From contig NIVC01000561.1 of NCBI GenBank assembly GCA_002269645.1, forward strand, positions 310,001-374,000: a DNA stretch of 64,000 bases. Reading direction: 5' to 3'. Each line of letters begins with the position of its first letter. The stretch's first letter is position 1. The notes beneath the pieces are model-generated. The model ran no database searches, was not told the DNA's origin, and was given only the letters and a program-made list of their open reading frames with translations. Positions 32,449-44,796 of this stretch are shown here, one piece after another. The stretch is from Macrostomum lignano. Lineage: Eukaryota. Made by a program: the position numbers and the translations under genes.

Positions 32449-35400
32449 ATGTCTGTCTGCAGCAGTGCTAACAGGGGTCTCATCAAGCCCCAACCAACTG
32501 AACAGCCCAACAATCATTTGAAAGCCAAACTCGCTATGCTTCTGCCAGCCAAAGCATCAATGAAACCTTTGATGAAGGCTGCTGCAGATGACTCAAGTTC
32601 AAGTTCAACTGGAGATCGAAAGGTTAAGCAGCGTCGCGCTATGATTGGTCGATCGCTCAGCCTCAATGTGGCCGACTTTGCTGGCAAGTGGAAGGAGGCG
32701 TTTGGTCTGTTCGACAAGGACAACGACGGCAGGATGGGCGGGGCTGAGCTGGCGAGCGTGATGGAGAGGCTCGGCATGCCGGTTGCGGAGCGGGAGGTTC
32801 AGGTGAGACTGTTTTCACTAATAAACAGACACTTTAGGATCTTTCTTAGATATTTTAGACATAAACAGACAGTTCAGGCCTGCATAAACAGACAGTTCAG
32901 ACTGGCATAAACAGACAGTTCAGACTGGCATAAACAGACAGTTTAAGCTGGCATAAACAAATAGTTCAGACTGGCATAAACAGACAGTTCAGACTGGCAT
33001 AAACAGACAGTTCAGGCTTGCATAAACAGACAGTTCAGGCTTGCATAAACAGACAGTTCAGGCTTGCATAAACAGACAGTTCAGGCTTGCATAAACAGAC
33101 AGTTCAGGCTTGCATAAACAGACAGTTCAGGCTTGCATAAACAGACAGTTCAGGCTTGCATAAACAGACAGTTCAGGCTTGCATAAACAGACAGTTCAGG
33201 CTTGCATAAACAGACAGTTCAGGCTGGCATAAACAGACAGTTCAGGCTTGCATAAACAGACAGTTCAGGCTGGCATAAACAGACAGTTCAGGCTGGCATA
33301 AACAGACAGTTCAGGCTTGCATAAACAGACAGTTCAGGCTGGCATAAACAGACAGTTCAGGCTTGCATAAACAGACAGTTGAGACTGGCATAAACAGACA
33401 GTTCAGGCTGGCATAAACAGACAGTTCAGACTGGCATAAACAGACAGTTCAGGCTTGCATAAACAGACAGTTCAGACTGACATAAACAGACAGTTCAGGC
33501 TTGCATAAACAGACAGTTCAGACTGACATAAACAGACAGTTCAGGCTTGCATAAACAGACAGTTCAGACTGGCATAAACAGACAGTTCAGACTGACATAA
33601 ACAGACAGTTCAGGCTTGCATAAACAGACAGTTCAGACTGACATAAACAGATAGTTTAAGCTGGCATAAACAGACAGTTCAGACTGGCATAAACAGACAG
33701 TTCAGACTGGCATAAACAGACAGTTCAGACTGGCATAAACAGACAGTTCAGACTGGCATAAACAGACAGTTCAGGCTTGCATAAACAGACAGTTCAGGCT
33801 TGCATAAACAGACAGTTCAGGCTTGCATAAACAGACAGGTCAGGCTTGCATAAACAGACAGTTCAGACTGGCATAAACAGACAGTTCAGGCTTGCATAAA
33901 CAGACAGTTCAGACTGGCATAAACAGACAGTTCAGACTGGCATAAACAGACAGTTCAGGCTTGCATAAACAGACAGTTCAGACTGGCATAAACAGACAGT
34001 TCAGACTGACATAAACAGACAGTTTAAGCTGGCATAAACAGGCAGTTTAAACTGGCATAAACAGACAGTTCAGACTGGCATAAACAGACAGTTCAGACTG
34101 ACATAAACAGACAGTTTAAGCTGGCATAAACAGGCAGTTCAGACTGGCATAAACAGACAGTTCAGACTGACATAAACAGGCAGTTTAAACTGGCATAAAC
34201 AGACAGTTCAGACTGGCATAAACAGACAGTTCAGGCTTGCATAAACAGACAGTTCAGACTGGCATAAACAGACAGTTCAGACTGGCATAAACAGACAGTT
34301 TAAGCTGGCATAAACAGACAGTTCAGGCTTGCATAAACAGACAGTTCAGACTGGCATAAACAGACAGTTCAGGCTTGCATAAACAGACAGTTCAGGCTTG
34401 CATAAACAGACAGTTCAGACTGGCATAAACAGACAGTTCAGACTGGCATAAACAGGCAGACTCAGAAAATCTATGCTAAAACAAAAGCGAGCACAATGTC
34501 CTTTATTTAAAGCTTAAGTCCAACGCTTTCTAGGCAGATAAAATGCTTTGAGTTTCTTGGCCTGACTGTGGAAAATAATTCTGAGTACTTATTTACGAGT
34601 GAACAGTTTCGTCTGCATATTTTCATTCCAGTAAAAACAAGATGGTGTGAATAACAGAGCAAGTCAGACATCTCTGCATTGTGTTAGCAAAGAATACGAC
34701 ACCATTTTTTATTGAGAATTATGTGAAGCACGAACTGCTCAGAAATATGCCCTTGAATAAGTAGCAGGGCGCTCAATGCGTTTTTTCTGTGCTCAAAACA
34801 GCTTCGTCTGGTTCGGGGAGCTATTTATAGCAACATATTTTCTAATGTGAAGTTTGGCAACTTTTTTAATTAAAACCCGTATTTCTATGCCATGGTGTAG
34901 ACGAGACTTCTGATTTGTGTAAAGTGCCAATTGAGTACCTGAGCAGAGTGCCAATTGAGTACATGAGCAGAGTGCCAACTGATTACCTGAGCAGTGCCAA
35001 CTGAGCACCAGAGCAAAGTGCCAAATGATTACCTGAGGAGAGTACCAAATGATTACCTGAGGAGAGTACCAAATGAGTACCTGAGGAGAGTACCAATGAG
35101 TATCTGAGCAGAGTGCCAACTGAGTACCTGAGCAGAGTGCCAATTGAGTATCTGAGCAGAGTGCCAATTTAGTACCTGAGCAGAGTGCCAACTGAGTACC
35201 TGAGCAGAGTGCCAATTGAGTACCTGAGCAGAGTGCCAATTGAGTACCTGAGCAGAGTGCCAATTGAGTACCTGAGCAGAGTGCCAATTGAGTACCTGAG
35301 CAGAGTGCCAATTGAGTACCTGAGCAGAGTGCCAATTGAGTACCTGAGCAGAGTGCCAATTGAGTATCTGAGCAGAGTGCCAATTGAGTACCTGAGCAGA

Positions 35401-36167
35401 GTGCCAATTGAGTACCTGAGCAGAGTGCCAACTGATTACCTGAGCAGTGCCAACTGAGCACCAGAGCAAAGTGCCAAATGATTACCTGAGGAGAGTACCA
35501 ATTGAGTACCTGAGCAGAGTGCCAATTGAGTACCTGAGCAGAGTGCCAACTGAGTACCTGAGCAGAGTGCCAATTGAGTAACCCGAGCAGAGTGCCAAAT
35601 GTGAGCAGTGTCTCCAACAGTCTCATAAACCGCAGTTCCTCTCCCCCAACGAAACTCCCTCAGCTGCTACTCAACCAGTGGGACTCCGGCCGCAAAGGCG
35701 GTCTGTCTCTGCTGGAGTTCACCAGCCTCATGAACAGCTCTCGGTGCTGGCTCACACCAGCATCGGCGCTGTACCCGACAGCTCAGCAGCAGCAGCAGCA
35801 GCAGCAGCAGCTCGGAGGCCGCAGGCACCGGCAGTGCTGCCACCAGAGCGAAGACGACGCCGCTCTGAACACCGAGGAGCTGCTGGAGCTTCGAGCGGCG
35901 TTCGACTTGTTCGACAAAGACGGCGACGGACTTCTGAGTCGTCAGGAGATTCAAGTCGCTCTGGAGCTGCTGGAAGAGGACTCAGCCGATGCCGATGTCG
36001 AGCTGGTGATGTCGGCCACGGATGTCGGTAGTGGCGGCGGCGTCACGTTCAAAGAGTTCTGCAAGCTGCTCCAAGACGACGGCAGCGGCGGAGACAGCGG
36101 CGGCAGAGGCATCCAGTTTCCTGGAAAGAGCACCTACCGACCCCGGTCCACCACTGGAGCTGTGTGA
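32449..36167 (+). CDS. Calmodulin-like four-EF-hand protein with an N-terminal extension and a polyQ-containing central linker; exons 32449-32802 and 35664-36167 (about 285 aa; start codon uncertain)
   Basis: WKEAFGLFDKDNDGRMGGAEL, DSGRKGGLSLLEF, ELRAAFDLFDKDGDGLLSRQEI, DVGSGGGVTFKEF; phase-0 donor gtgaga at 32803 and acceptor ccctcag at 35663. Confidence 0.85.
32865..34460. repeat. 23-bp minisatellite (gcataaacagacagttcaggctt) in the calmodulin-like intron
   Basis: Direct inspection. Confidence 0.95.
34925..35600. repeat. 24-bp minisatellite (gagtacctgagcagagtgccaatt)
   Basis: Direct inspection. Confidence 0.95.
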
Positions 36168-36264
36168 CTGTGGCGTCACGTGACTTCATGTCTTGTGTGT
36201 ACTTCTGACTGTGAACTGCTTTCTAGATGTACAGCGCTATGTATTGAATTAAAGTACAGATTTG

Positions 36265-36815
36265 GGTCTGAGTAGAGTGCCATTTTGGAACTGAGTAGAG
36301 TGCCATTTTGGATCTTGAGCAAAGTGCCATTTTAGATATGAGTAGAGTGCCATTTCAGGTCTGAGTAGAGTGCCATTTTATATCTGAGCAGAGTGCCATT
36401 TCAGATCTGAGTAGAGTGCCATTTCAGGTCTGAGTAGTGTGCCATTTCAGATCTAAGCAGAGTGCCATTTCAGATCTGAGCAGAGTGTCATTTCAGATCT
36501 GAGTAGAGTGCCATTTCAGATCTGAGCAGAGTGTCATTTCAGATCTGAGTAGAGTGCCATTTCAGATCTGAGTAGAGTGCCATTTTAGATCTGAGTAGAG
36601 TGCCATTTTAGATCTGAGTAGAGTGCCAGTTTAGATCTGAGTAGAGTGCCAGTTTAGATCTGAGTAGAGTGCCAGTTTAGATCTGAGTAGAGTGCCATTT
36701 TAGATCTGAGTAGAGTGCCAGTTTAGATCTGAGTAGAGTGCCAGTTTAGATCTGAGTAGAGTGCCAGTTTAGATCTAAGTAGAGTGCCAGTTTAGATCTG
36801 AGTAGAGTGCCATTT
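36265..36815. repeat. 23-bp minisatellite (gagtagagtgccatttcagatct), related to the 24-bp array upstream
   Basis: Shared gag(c/t)agagtgcca core. Confidence 0.9.
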
Positions 36816-37396
36816 TAAACATGTGCAATTTATCAAATTCTGTGCCAGATTAGAATCGCACAGTTTCATTTTAATTTTGACTTTAATCGTAATAAAATTG
36901 TTGCCATTATTATTAAAAAAAATTTACTTCCGTACTAAATTGACTTGAATCAAACCTCTCATTAATAACCTATATGCTGTGCATATAGTTTAGTCATATT
37001 TATTAAAAGTACTTTGGTACCTGTCCAGTTTTATTGAAGCTTCGCATTTTACTTTGACCAATTCAACTGTAAAATTATAATTTATGAACTTTATGAAATT
37101 TATGTTTAAATTTCGGATTCAATATACAGGTAGATATAATTATATTCTCAATTCCGTTTTCTGAGTTTTTGTTTAAACTGGATGTGCGCTTGGTTGGCTG
37201 CCTTCGGCAAACATGAATTCCGTTCACGATACTGATTTTAACGAATTACAAAAATAAACTCATGTTCGCGTTGGTTTCTAAGAAATTAGCTCATTTTAAC
37301 TGAGAGTTCTAAGCAGAAAGCTGATAAAATATTTGCTTTCATTTTTGAGATGTATACATAAAACGGCCCTTTTTGGGGCCACACTTTTCTGGTAGA

Positions 37397-37637
37397 ATAA
37401 GAATGAGTAAAAGTTAATGAAACGTAGTGTGAGAGGCCAATCTATAGGCTCTTCTGCAGCCGAGGGAGCTCTCAGCTTCTCTCTTCTGAAACTCTCAGCT
37501 TCATCCTCAGCTTGCAGACTCTCAGCTTCATCCTCAGCTTACGAACTCTCAGTTTCATCCTCAGATTGCAGACTCTCATTAGCTTCATCCTACGCTTACA
37601 GACTCTCAGCTTCATCCTCAGCTTGCAGAATTTTTGC
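37397..37637 (-). pseudogene. Relic of the last exon and 3' flank of an ankyrin-cGLR paralog, with an expanded 27-bp (LQAEDEAES) repeat and in-frame stops
   Basis: Reverse strand reads LQAEDEAESL*A*DEANESLQSEDETESS*AEDEAESLQAEDEAES, like the last exon of copy A; includes the aagaatgagtaaaagttaatgaaacgtagtgtgaga motif also found 3' of copies A and B. Confidence 0.6.
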
Positions 37638-38159
37638 GATGTATATATAAAACGGCCTTTTTGGGGGCCACGCTGTTCTAGTAGTCTTTGTTATACTGAG
37701 GAGTGAAATCCTGCCCTGTTGTTTTAAATTTCTTAAAGTAGTTGAACATAAACTTCTGAAGTAATTGGAGCAGCAATGCCTCTCGCCGGTTGTGTGACAA
37801 TGGCGTTTAAAGTGCACCAGGGTGCACCCAGCCCCCTGCCTCTAACTAAAAATGTATGAGATGCCTAAAGCTTCAAAAATGCTTCAAAACAGACTCAAAG
37901 ACAAAATGAGTTCGGTGGCTCTCTCGGACCCTAACGAAAATGCAGGCTTTTGCCAGAGACTGCAGTTAAGATGATGCTGCAGCTGCATCAGTGCAACTCC
38001 CAGTGTCTCAGACTTCTGACTCAAGGGTCACTTGTTTCATGCAAGTGATGTGAGCACCCAGTGTCCTTGATCTCCAATCTAGAATTCTGGTGAGCTCATT
38101 AGTATGATTATATTGTACCATGACCTTTGTGCCCGCTGGGCACTTATTCTTGCCTTTTA

Positions 38160-38665
38160 ATGCCATAGACTACATTTAAGCCCGCTTGCAGGAGTCAAAC
38201 TTACTTTAATTCAAATTAGCGGGCAGTTAAGTATAAGATATTCTATGGGTTTAAGGTTGGTATGTGATTAAAGTGAAATACCGACCTCAAACCCATAGAA
38301 TATCCTACTTTAATTTTGCGGGATGTATTCAGATAAATCCCGGAGCCATACTTGTATGTCTATGGTTGAAGTTGGGGATGGGGGTGTGGGGGCGAAGCCC
38401 GGCCCTGCTGGGGGTGTGGGGGCTTCGCCATAGACTTACCATACCATAGACAAATCTTACCATAGACAAATTTTCATTAAGAAATTTCTCGAGTCACGAA
38501 GGAAGAGAAGAGAGAAGCTCGCTTATTTAGATACATACAATAATCCTTGCAATATGTCCGGGAATGTGATCGATTGAATCCCGCAAAATAAAATCTATGT
38601 CAATAACCTCCCTGAAAGTGAGCTTTAAAGTGGTTTAAATGTCATTAACTGCCCGCTAATTTTGT
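38160..38665. repeat. Cluster of nested inverted repeats (probable MITE or foldback remnants)
   Basis: aattagcgggcagttaa (about 38213) / ttaactgcccgctaatt (about 38645); ~30-bp hairpin arms at 38237-38310; gtctatgg...ccatagac at 38358-38435. Confidence 0.55.
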
Positions 38666-39977
38666 TCCACTTTGTCAAGGACACAAATGTATATGGCACA
38701 ATATATAGACATTTATATAGCGCCTACGGCGCCCTCTGATTTTCCCATTAACGTCCTTAAAGCATGGGTATTAATGTACTATTATACTCAGTTTGCGAGC
38801 TTAGTTGACAGAAACAGATCAGCCGATAATCCAGAGAATTATTGAATTTATTTATTTGACGAAAATAAAAAACTGGCTTTGAAGATTCTGTGTAGCTGAG
38901 CCGCATTCGGTAAAGGAGTCGATTCAGATTCATTTTCTTTTTCGATAGTCAAACAAAAGCAATTCATATTGGTAAACTAAAGACATCTCTGAAAAAGGAT
39001 CAGCAGTGGCAAAGAGAAATTTGTTTAAATAATAGAAAACTGAGATCAGATCTGAGATTTCTACTGCAAAAAAGCAAATGTTGGATGAATCAGAACTTCA
39101 ACACGCATAATTAATAAAACAGAATTACGATTTATTAAGCTGCTACATTTATTACTTAACTCGTCTGCAAAAAGATGTCATTTTTTCTCAAAATATTTAA
39201 ATTAAAATATGAAAATCGAAAGATAATAAATTTAAACAATTTCTGGTGAGCAGAAGCAAACTTGCAAACAAAGTTTTCAAAACAATCAATTCTGATCTTC
39301 AAACTTTGTGATCATCCATTTAGCTATAGCTAGACTCCGCTGAACGGCTCGAAATCAAAATCAAAATGTCATTATTCAGGGGCATTGTACAGTCCGAAAC
39401 ATTCAGTCCCAGAGTTTCACACAAAAAATATAACTAAAAATGAGTTTATGCGTCTGGAGAGGCATGGGTCCAGCCTCCACATTAGCTTACATTGTCCATG
39501 ACTGATCAATTGCTGCCAAACCAATTGTAAAATTTACAGATTCCGCACTCAATTAACAGACGCATTTAAATATATCTCATTATTGAAAAATTATGGAAGA
39601 AACTAATAATGAAAATAGTTCCACGGCGAACTGATACATGTATATGAAATAGTACACGGCCCGCCCTATTGTGTAGGGAGAGGCGCAGAAAGTACATTAA
39701 AACTGTAGGCTGGGATTTCGCAATTGTACATTGAGAAGATTTGGAAGGAAATCTCTATAAGAATGAGTAAAAGTTTAATGAAACGTAGTGTGAGATGCGG
39801 GCATGAGAGTATAGCAAGGTGATGCGTCACAGCCGCACTCAGTGAGGCACCTCAGCTCTAAAAGTGACAAACAATTCCGCATACTGCAGTGGTCAAACTC
39901 AGGTGACAATGTGATTACCGATAGGGCAGAAATTCATCTTGCCGCTGTGAGCTGACAGGCTGAAGAGAAAATGAAAC

Positions 39978-42900
39978 TCAATCCAGCGGCTCCTCCTGTA
40001 GCCCAGGGAGCTGCTGCATCTCGCCAGGCTCAGCCTCGGATTGCAGACTCTCGGCTTCATCCTCAGCTTGCAGACTCTCAGCTTTATCCAGGGCCAAGAG
40101 CAGCGCATCACGGGTGAAGCCTTCGTCAACGAACATCTGAAACAGATGGAGGTTCCGAAGCTGAAATCTTTGCGCAAAAATGTGCGGGACTAAAAGTTGT
40201 GGTTGTCATTTTTTAACTTGAGAAACACCGAAAGTATTTAAAAAATAATGCTTTTGAATTACCGACTGGAAGAAATTAGAAAAGAACGATATGGAAGCTT
40301 TATCTGACTGCAAGAACTGCAGATGCGGTTGGCTGCCTGCGCTGTCGAAAAGCCACTGCGGGATTTTCTGTCGTATTTCCTGCAGTCCCTCAGGAGACGC
40401 AGCTGCGGCACGAAGGTTGCGGATGTCTTCAGGAGGCAGCTGTCGAAACAAATCGCAAAGAATTTCAGAACTGAACTCCATCATTAGGCCTCGCAATTGT
40501 GGGCTTGCAATCATCTGAAAAAATGTTAATTCGAGAAGCATTTGCAGGTGAAGTCAATGAATGTGGAGTGCGACAGTCAAAGTAAAAAATTGAATAAAAT
40601 CTTACTAATGAAATGACATAATTATTGTACTCAGGAACTTCCTGTAGAATCTGACCCATCCTTCCGCATAGATAGCGCCAAGTCCCGATTTCAATTATTT
40701 CAGCCACATCACAAGCCTCATGAAGAGCCTTTACGTCACATCTCTGGGAGAGTCCAGCAATCATTTCCTGACCAAGTTGCGTCTCAAATGTAGCTGATTT
40801 CCGACCAGCCAGCGACTCATGCAACTGGACAAAGTCTACTGGTAGCTGAAATTCCTGATTGTTAAAATTGAATCTGATAATAAAATGTTGATTTGGAGCA
40901 GCTGGCAGGAATCCAAAATCCAGTTTCTCTTCAAACTGAAAATGGAAAAAGGTAGCGGAGTCGGTCTCCTCCAAGTGCCGCCACACGCGCTCCTTCGCCT
41001 CGCCCACCGACAGCAGCTCGCTGCCTCCGCCAGGACTCTCCGGACACTCGATGCCGCTGCTCTCCTGGCCCGTCAGTTCTGCTGCAGCACCGGCCGCATC
41101 CAGCGGTGCGTGAAATTTGAGATGCGCCATCAACCTGAGGCTCTCTCTGGCTGATCTGGCGCAGTCTGGCAGCTCACCGATCAGCTGCAGCAGCTCCGAC
41201 AGGTGCTCGGACTCCGACTGACCCCGCCGGTCCGAGCCGAGTTTAAGCAGGCAATGCCTCACCAAGCCGTAGATTGAGCTGTAGCCTGAGTACCGCTGCG
41301 CATCACGTGACGAACCGAAACCCATCAACAGCAGGAAAGGCTCGAACCGCACAGAGTTGCTCGCATTTTCTCTCAACTGGCCTTGGAATTGATGCAGCCA
41401 GCGAGGAAGCTCGTCAATCACCCCATTGACCGCATCCACAATGTCCTTCTTCGGGAGTTGATCCCTCTCAAAGTACACGTCGGCATCTCGTAAGAAGAAG
41501 TGCTTCATGCACACTGTATCGGAGGCTGAGCTCTCCATCGTCTCAACCAGCAGCTGCAGCGACTGCCGCACGAGTTGCAGCAAGTTGTCTGGCTTCCATT
41601 CTTCTTCCGGCGTCTCGTCGAGCATGTAGAACAGCAGGTTCTTGGCCATGTACGTCTTCAGACCGCTCACCTTCATCTCGATGCTGATCACCTTCTTGAT
41701 GAGGAACTTGACGAGGATGAAGAACTGGCCCTGCACGGTGGTGAGGCTGTGCATGACGGCTCTCTCCAGCAGGGTTGTGCTCACCCGCATGCAGCTGCCA
41801 GGCGGTTTGTGAGGAGGCGATGCAGCGACCGCGTGACACTTTGGAGAGTCGCCGAGAGCCTCCTGGTTGAGCTGGTTCAGGATGCGCTGAGACATCTGGG
41901 ACGGCTGGCCTCTGCGGTTTGAGTAGCCGGGCTGCAGCAGCTCGATGCGGGGGTAGCGGCAGCAGGGCACGGCTTGTATTCGATCGATATTGACATGCAA
42001 ACGATGATTAAAAGGCTCTGATGAACGCATTGTTGCCATGTTAGGTCCTGTGGCTGTGAATGTGAAAAATCTAGTGCTTAGCCTCCTAAACGCTGCATAA
42101 GAACTAATACAACTACGATGACTGCAATATTTACCAACTTTAATTTATCTTGATTCCAGCAAGCACTCAATGCTTTGCACACAGCCCCGCCAGCAAGCAT
42201 TCATTCTCATCTTTTATTTCTCTGGTTACTTTAGCAATCCACATACAAGAAATGCCTTTTAAATTGCTCTTTACTTTCGTCGAGTGCAGCTGGAGAGCAG
42301 AGAGCAGGGAAAGGCAACAAGCAAGGCGGAAAGTGTCTGCCTACTGACCACCCACCTTGAATACAGCAGTCTGTGAGATTGCCCAGAGTTGACGCAGATA
42401 ATCCTGCCAGTTTTGCACTGCCGCATCATCTGACATGAACTCCCTCCTGTAGGCTCCACTGCCCGCTTCAATATGGGTCGAAGCGCACAAAAAAGCCAGA
42501 GCTCATTGCAACTACCTGCTAAACCAGAGGGCCCATGACACTAAAAAGTCACTAGTTTATAATGATCACATGCTCAGGAAGCACTGAGTTACTCACAGCC
42601 ATGCTCATAGTAGGCGTGTCCGTTCTCGCACTGCACTCGGATCGCATCTCTGCCGCAGCCACTGCAGGCGGTCCAGCCGGCAGAGCCGCAGTCAAGGCAC
42701 AGCAGTCTATCGGACTCCATCCAGGTGACGTCAATGTCGGAGTCCCAGCTGATCTCCCCGTTCAGAGTCTCCAGGCTGCTGCCCAATCCGTCTGCGAAGC
42801 TGCCGAACACAAAAATGTCCTTGCAGTCCATCAGGTCTCTCAGGATGTCCTGCAGCGCGGCCGCAGCGCCGCTCTGAACTGCCGCGTTGGCCTGCTTGAA

Positions 42901-44796
42901 CCCGGCGGCTCGCATGGCTTCGGACAGCCGCGAGCTGAACTGGCGCTGCTCCTCCGCTGACCGGACGGCCGGCGCTGCGAGCGACGCTGCGGCTGGGCGG
43001 GGCGGCTCTGGGGCTGAGAAAAATGCGGAAACTATACTGATAATCGCATCCGATGGCATTTCCGCTCCAGAAGCAAGCAGCAACTTTCTGATTGAGGCAT
43101 TGCCTGGAAACACAGTAAACAACGACAGCATAAGGCCCATCGGTCCTGTCTGATCCCAGCTGACACCAGCATCGATCAGAAGTTGCACCGCCTCTGTGAA
43201 ACCAGCCATTAAGGCAACTGCAAACCACTCTGAGCTGTTTTTTTCATTGATGTCGGCAGAGGCGTCAATCAGCATCCGAGCCATGGACAGCTGCCGACAC
43301 ATGATGGCCTGCCTGACCAAATCCTTGTTGTTATTGCTGCTCATATCGGCTGAAGCTCCAGCTCGAATCAGCTCGCTGACGATCACCGCGTTTTCTTTAT
43401 AAACAGCCAGGGCCAGGGGAGTTCGGCCATTGCTGTTCAGCAGGTCGACCCTGGCTCCAGCTCTGAGCAGCATGGCAACCAGCTCTGCTCTTCTTTTACG
43501 AACTGCGTAATGCAACGGCGTGTTGCCATAACAGTCTAGAGCGTCGACATTCGCCCTGGCGCCGATCAGCCGCCTCGTGATCTCCTTAAAACCCGGATCA
43601 AAAACGGCGAGATGAAGAGGCGCTAAACCAGTATCTGATGATGAATCAACATTTGCTCCAGCTCTGATGAGAACTGCGGCTGCCTCAGTCCCACTGTCAC
43701 TTTCTGCCGCACGGTGAACAGGAGTGAAGCCTCTTTCATCCGTAATATCGACACCCACACCTGCGCTAATGAGCTGGCTCATGATATCAATTTTCCCGAA
43801 TCGTGCAGCCTCATGCAGTGGAGTTGAACCACCAGGGCAGTTCGGGTTCCTCCTGTCGGGATCTGCAGCGGCACTCAGCAATATTCGAACGATTTCGGCA
43901 TTGCCCAGAATCGCCGCGGTGCTCATCGCCGGCCCGCTGTGGCTGTTAAGAAGACGAAGCTGAGCTGAGCTGAGAAACCGCAACTCTGTATATAGACCCT
44001 GCTGCAATGTACTCCGACTAAGAGGAATTTTATGCGGAGCGAAGAGCAGCTGCCGAAGGGCCTCCATCTCGAGCTCCGATGCGCAGCAGTTGGGGTCCGC
44101 CCCGGCGGCAGTCAGGGCGTCCACAGCGCCAGCCTGTCCGAGCAGGACGCACAGATACAGCGGAGTCGGCAGTGGCCCGGCGGCTCCAGAGACCGGTGGC
44201 GGCTCCTGACGGCTGTCGGTGGCGGCGCAGGTCGGTCCGGCAAGCAACCGCGCGATGTCGTCGCCGGACTCAATGATCCCGGCCAGGTGCATCGGCAGGG
44301 CGCCGCTCACCGTCCGGACGGCTGGACTCGCTCCGGCTCGCAGCAGCAGCCGCGTCAGTCGCTCGCTGCCACCGTGGACGGCTTCGTGCAGCGGCGTAGA
44401 GCCGTCAGCTGCGGCCAGGTGCATCGGCAGGGCGCCGCTCACCGTCCGGACGGCTGGACTCGCTCCGGCTCGCAGCAGCAGCGGCGTCAGTCGCACCCTG
44501 CCAGCGTCGACGGCCTCGTGCAGCGGCGTAGAGCCGTCAGCTGCGGCCAGGTCGACGTTCGCCGAGGCCTCCACGAGCAGCCGCGCGGCCTGTGCGTTTC
44601 CTAGAAAGCTGGCGACGTGCAGGAAGGACCTGCCGTCAGAGTCCTGCTCGTCAGGACTGCCGCCACGGCTGAGCCACTCAGTGAGGAGGCCGCAGTCTCC
44701 CGACTCGAGCGACTCGAGCACCGAATCGAACTGCGGCGGCTCAGGTGGGCCAAGAGGTCGCCCGGATGTGACCGGAAGCAGTTCCTGTTCCGTCAT
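39978..44796 (-). CDS. Ankyrin-repeat Mab-21/cGAS-like nucleotidyltransferase (cGLR-type), copy A; exons 44796-42597, 42053-40606, 40514-40263, 40160 (or 40136)-39978; about 1360 aa, about 13 ankyrin repeats
   Basis: TPLH ankyrin repeats; FVFGSFADG...DSDIDV NTase motif; third acidic residue in NIDRIQAV; Mab-21 C-lobe RVSTTLLERAVM, FFILVKFLIKK, GLKTYMAKNLLFYML, MKHFFL; phase-consistent GT-AG introns. Confidence 0.85.

Noticed and set aside
40465-40605. ORF-track C-termini of copies A and B (reading through introns 2 and 3)
   Set aside because: Conserved gtaaga/gtaatt/gtaagt donors and acceptors at homologous positions in all three copies indicate splicing into further exons
32449-44796. Functional link between the calmodulin-like gene and the cGLR array
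   Set aside because: Adjacency alone is not evidence of co-function in a eukaryote, and the calmodulin-like gene is not part of the duplicated unit
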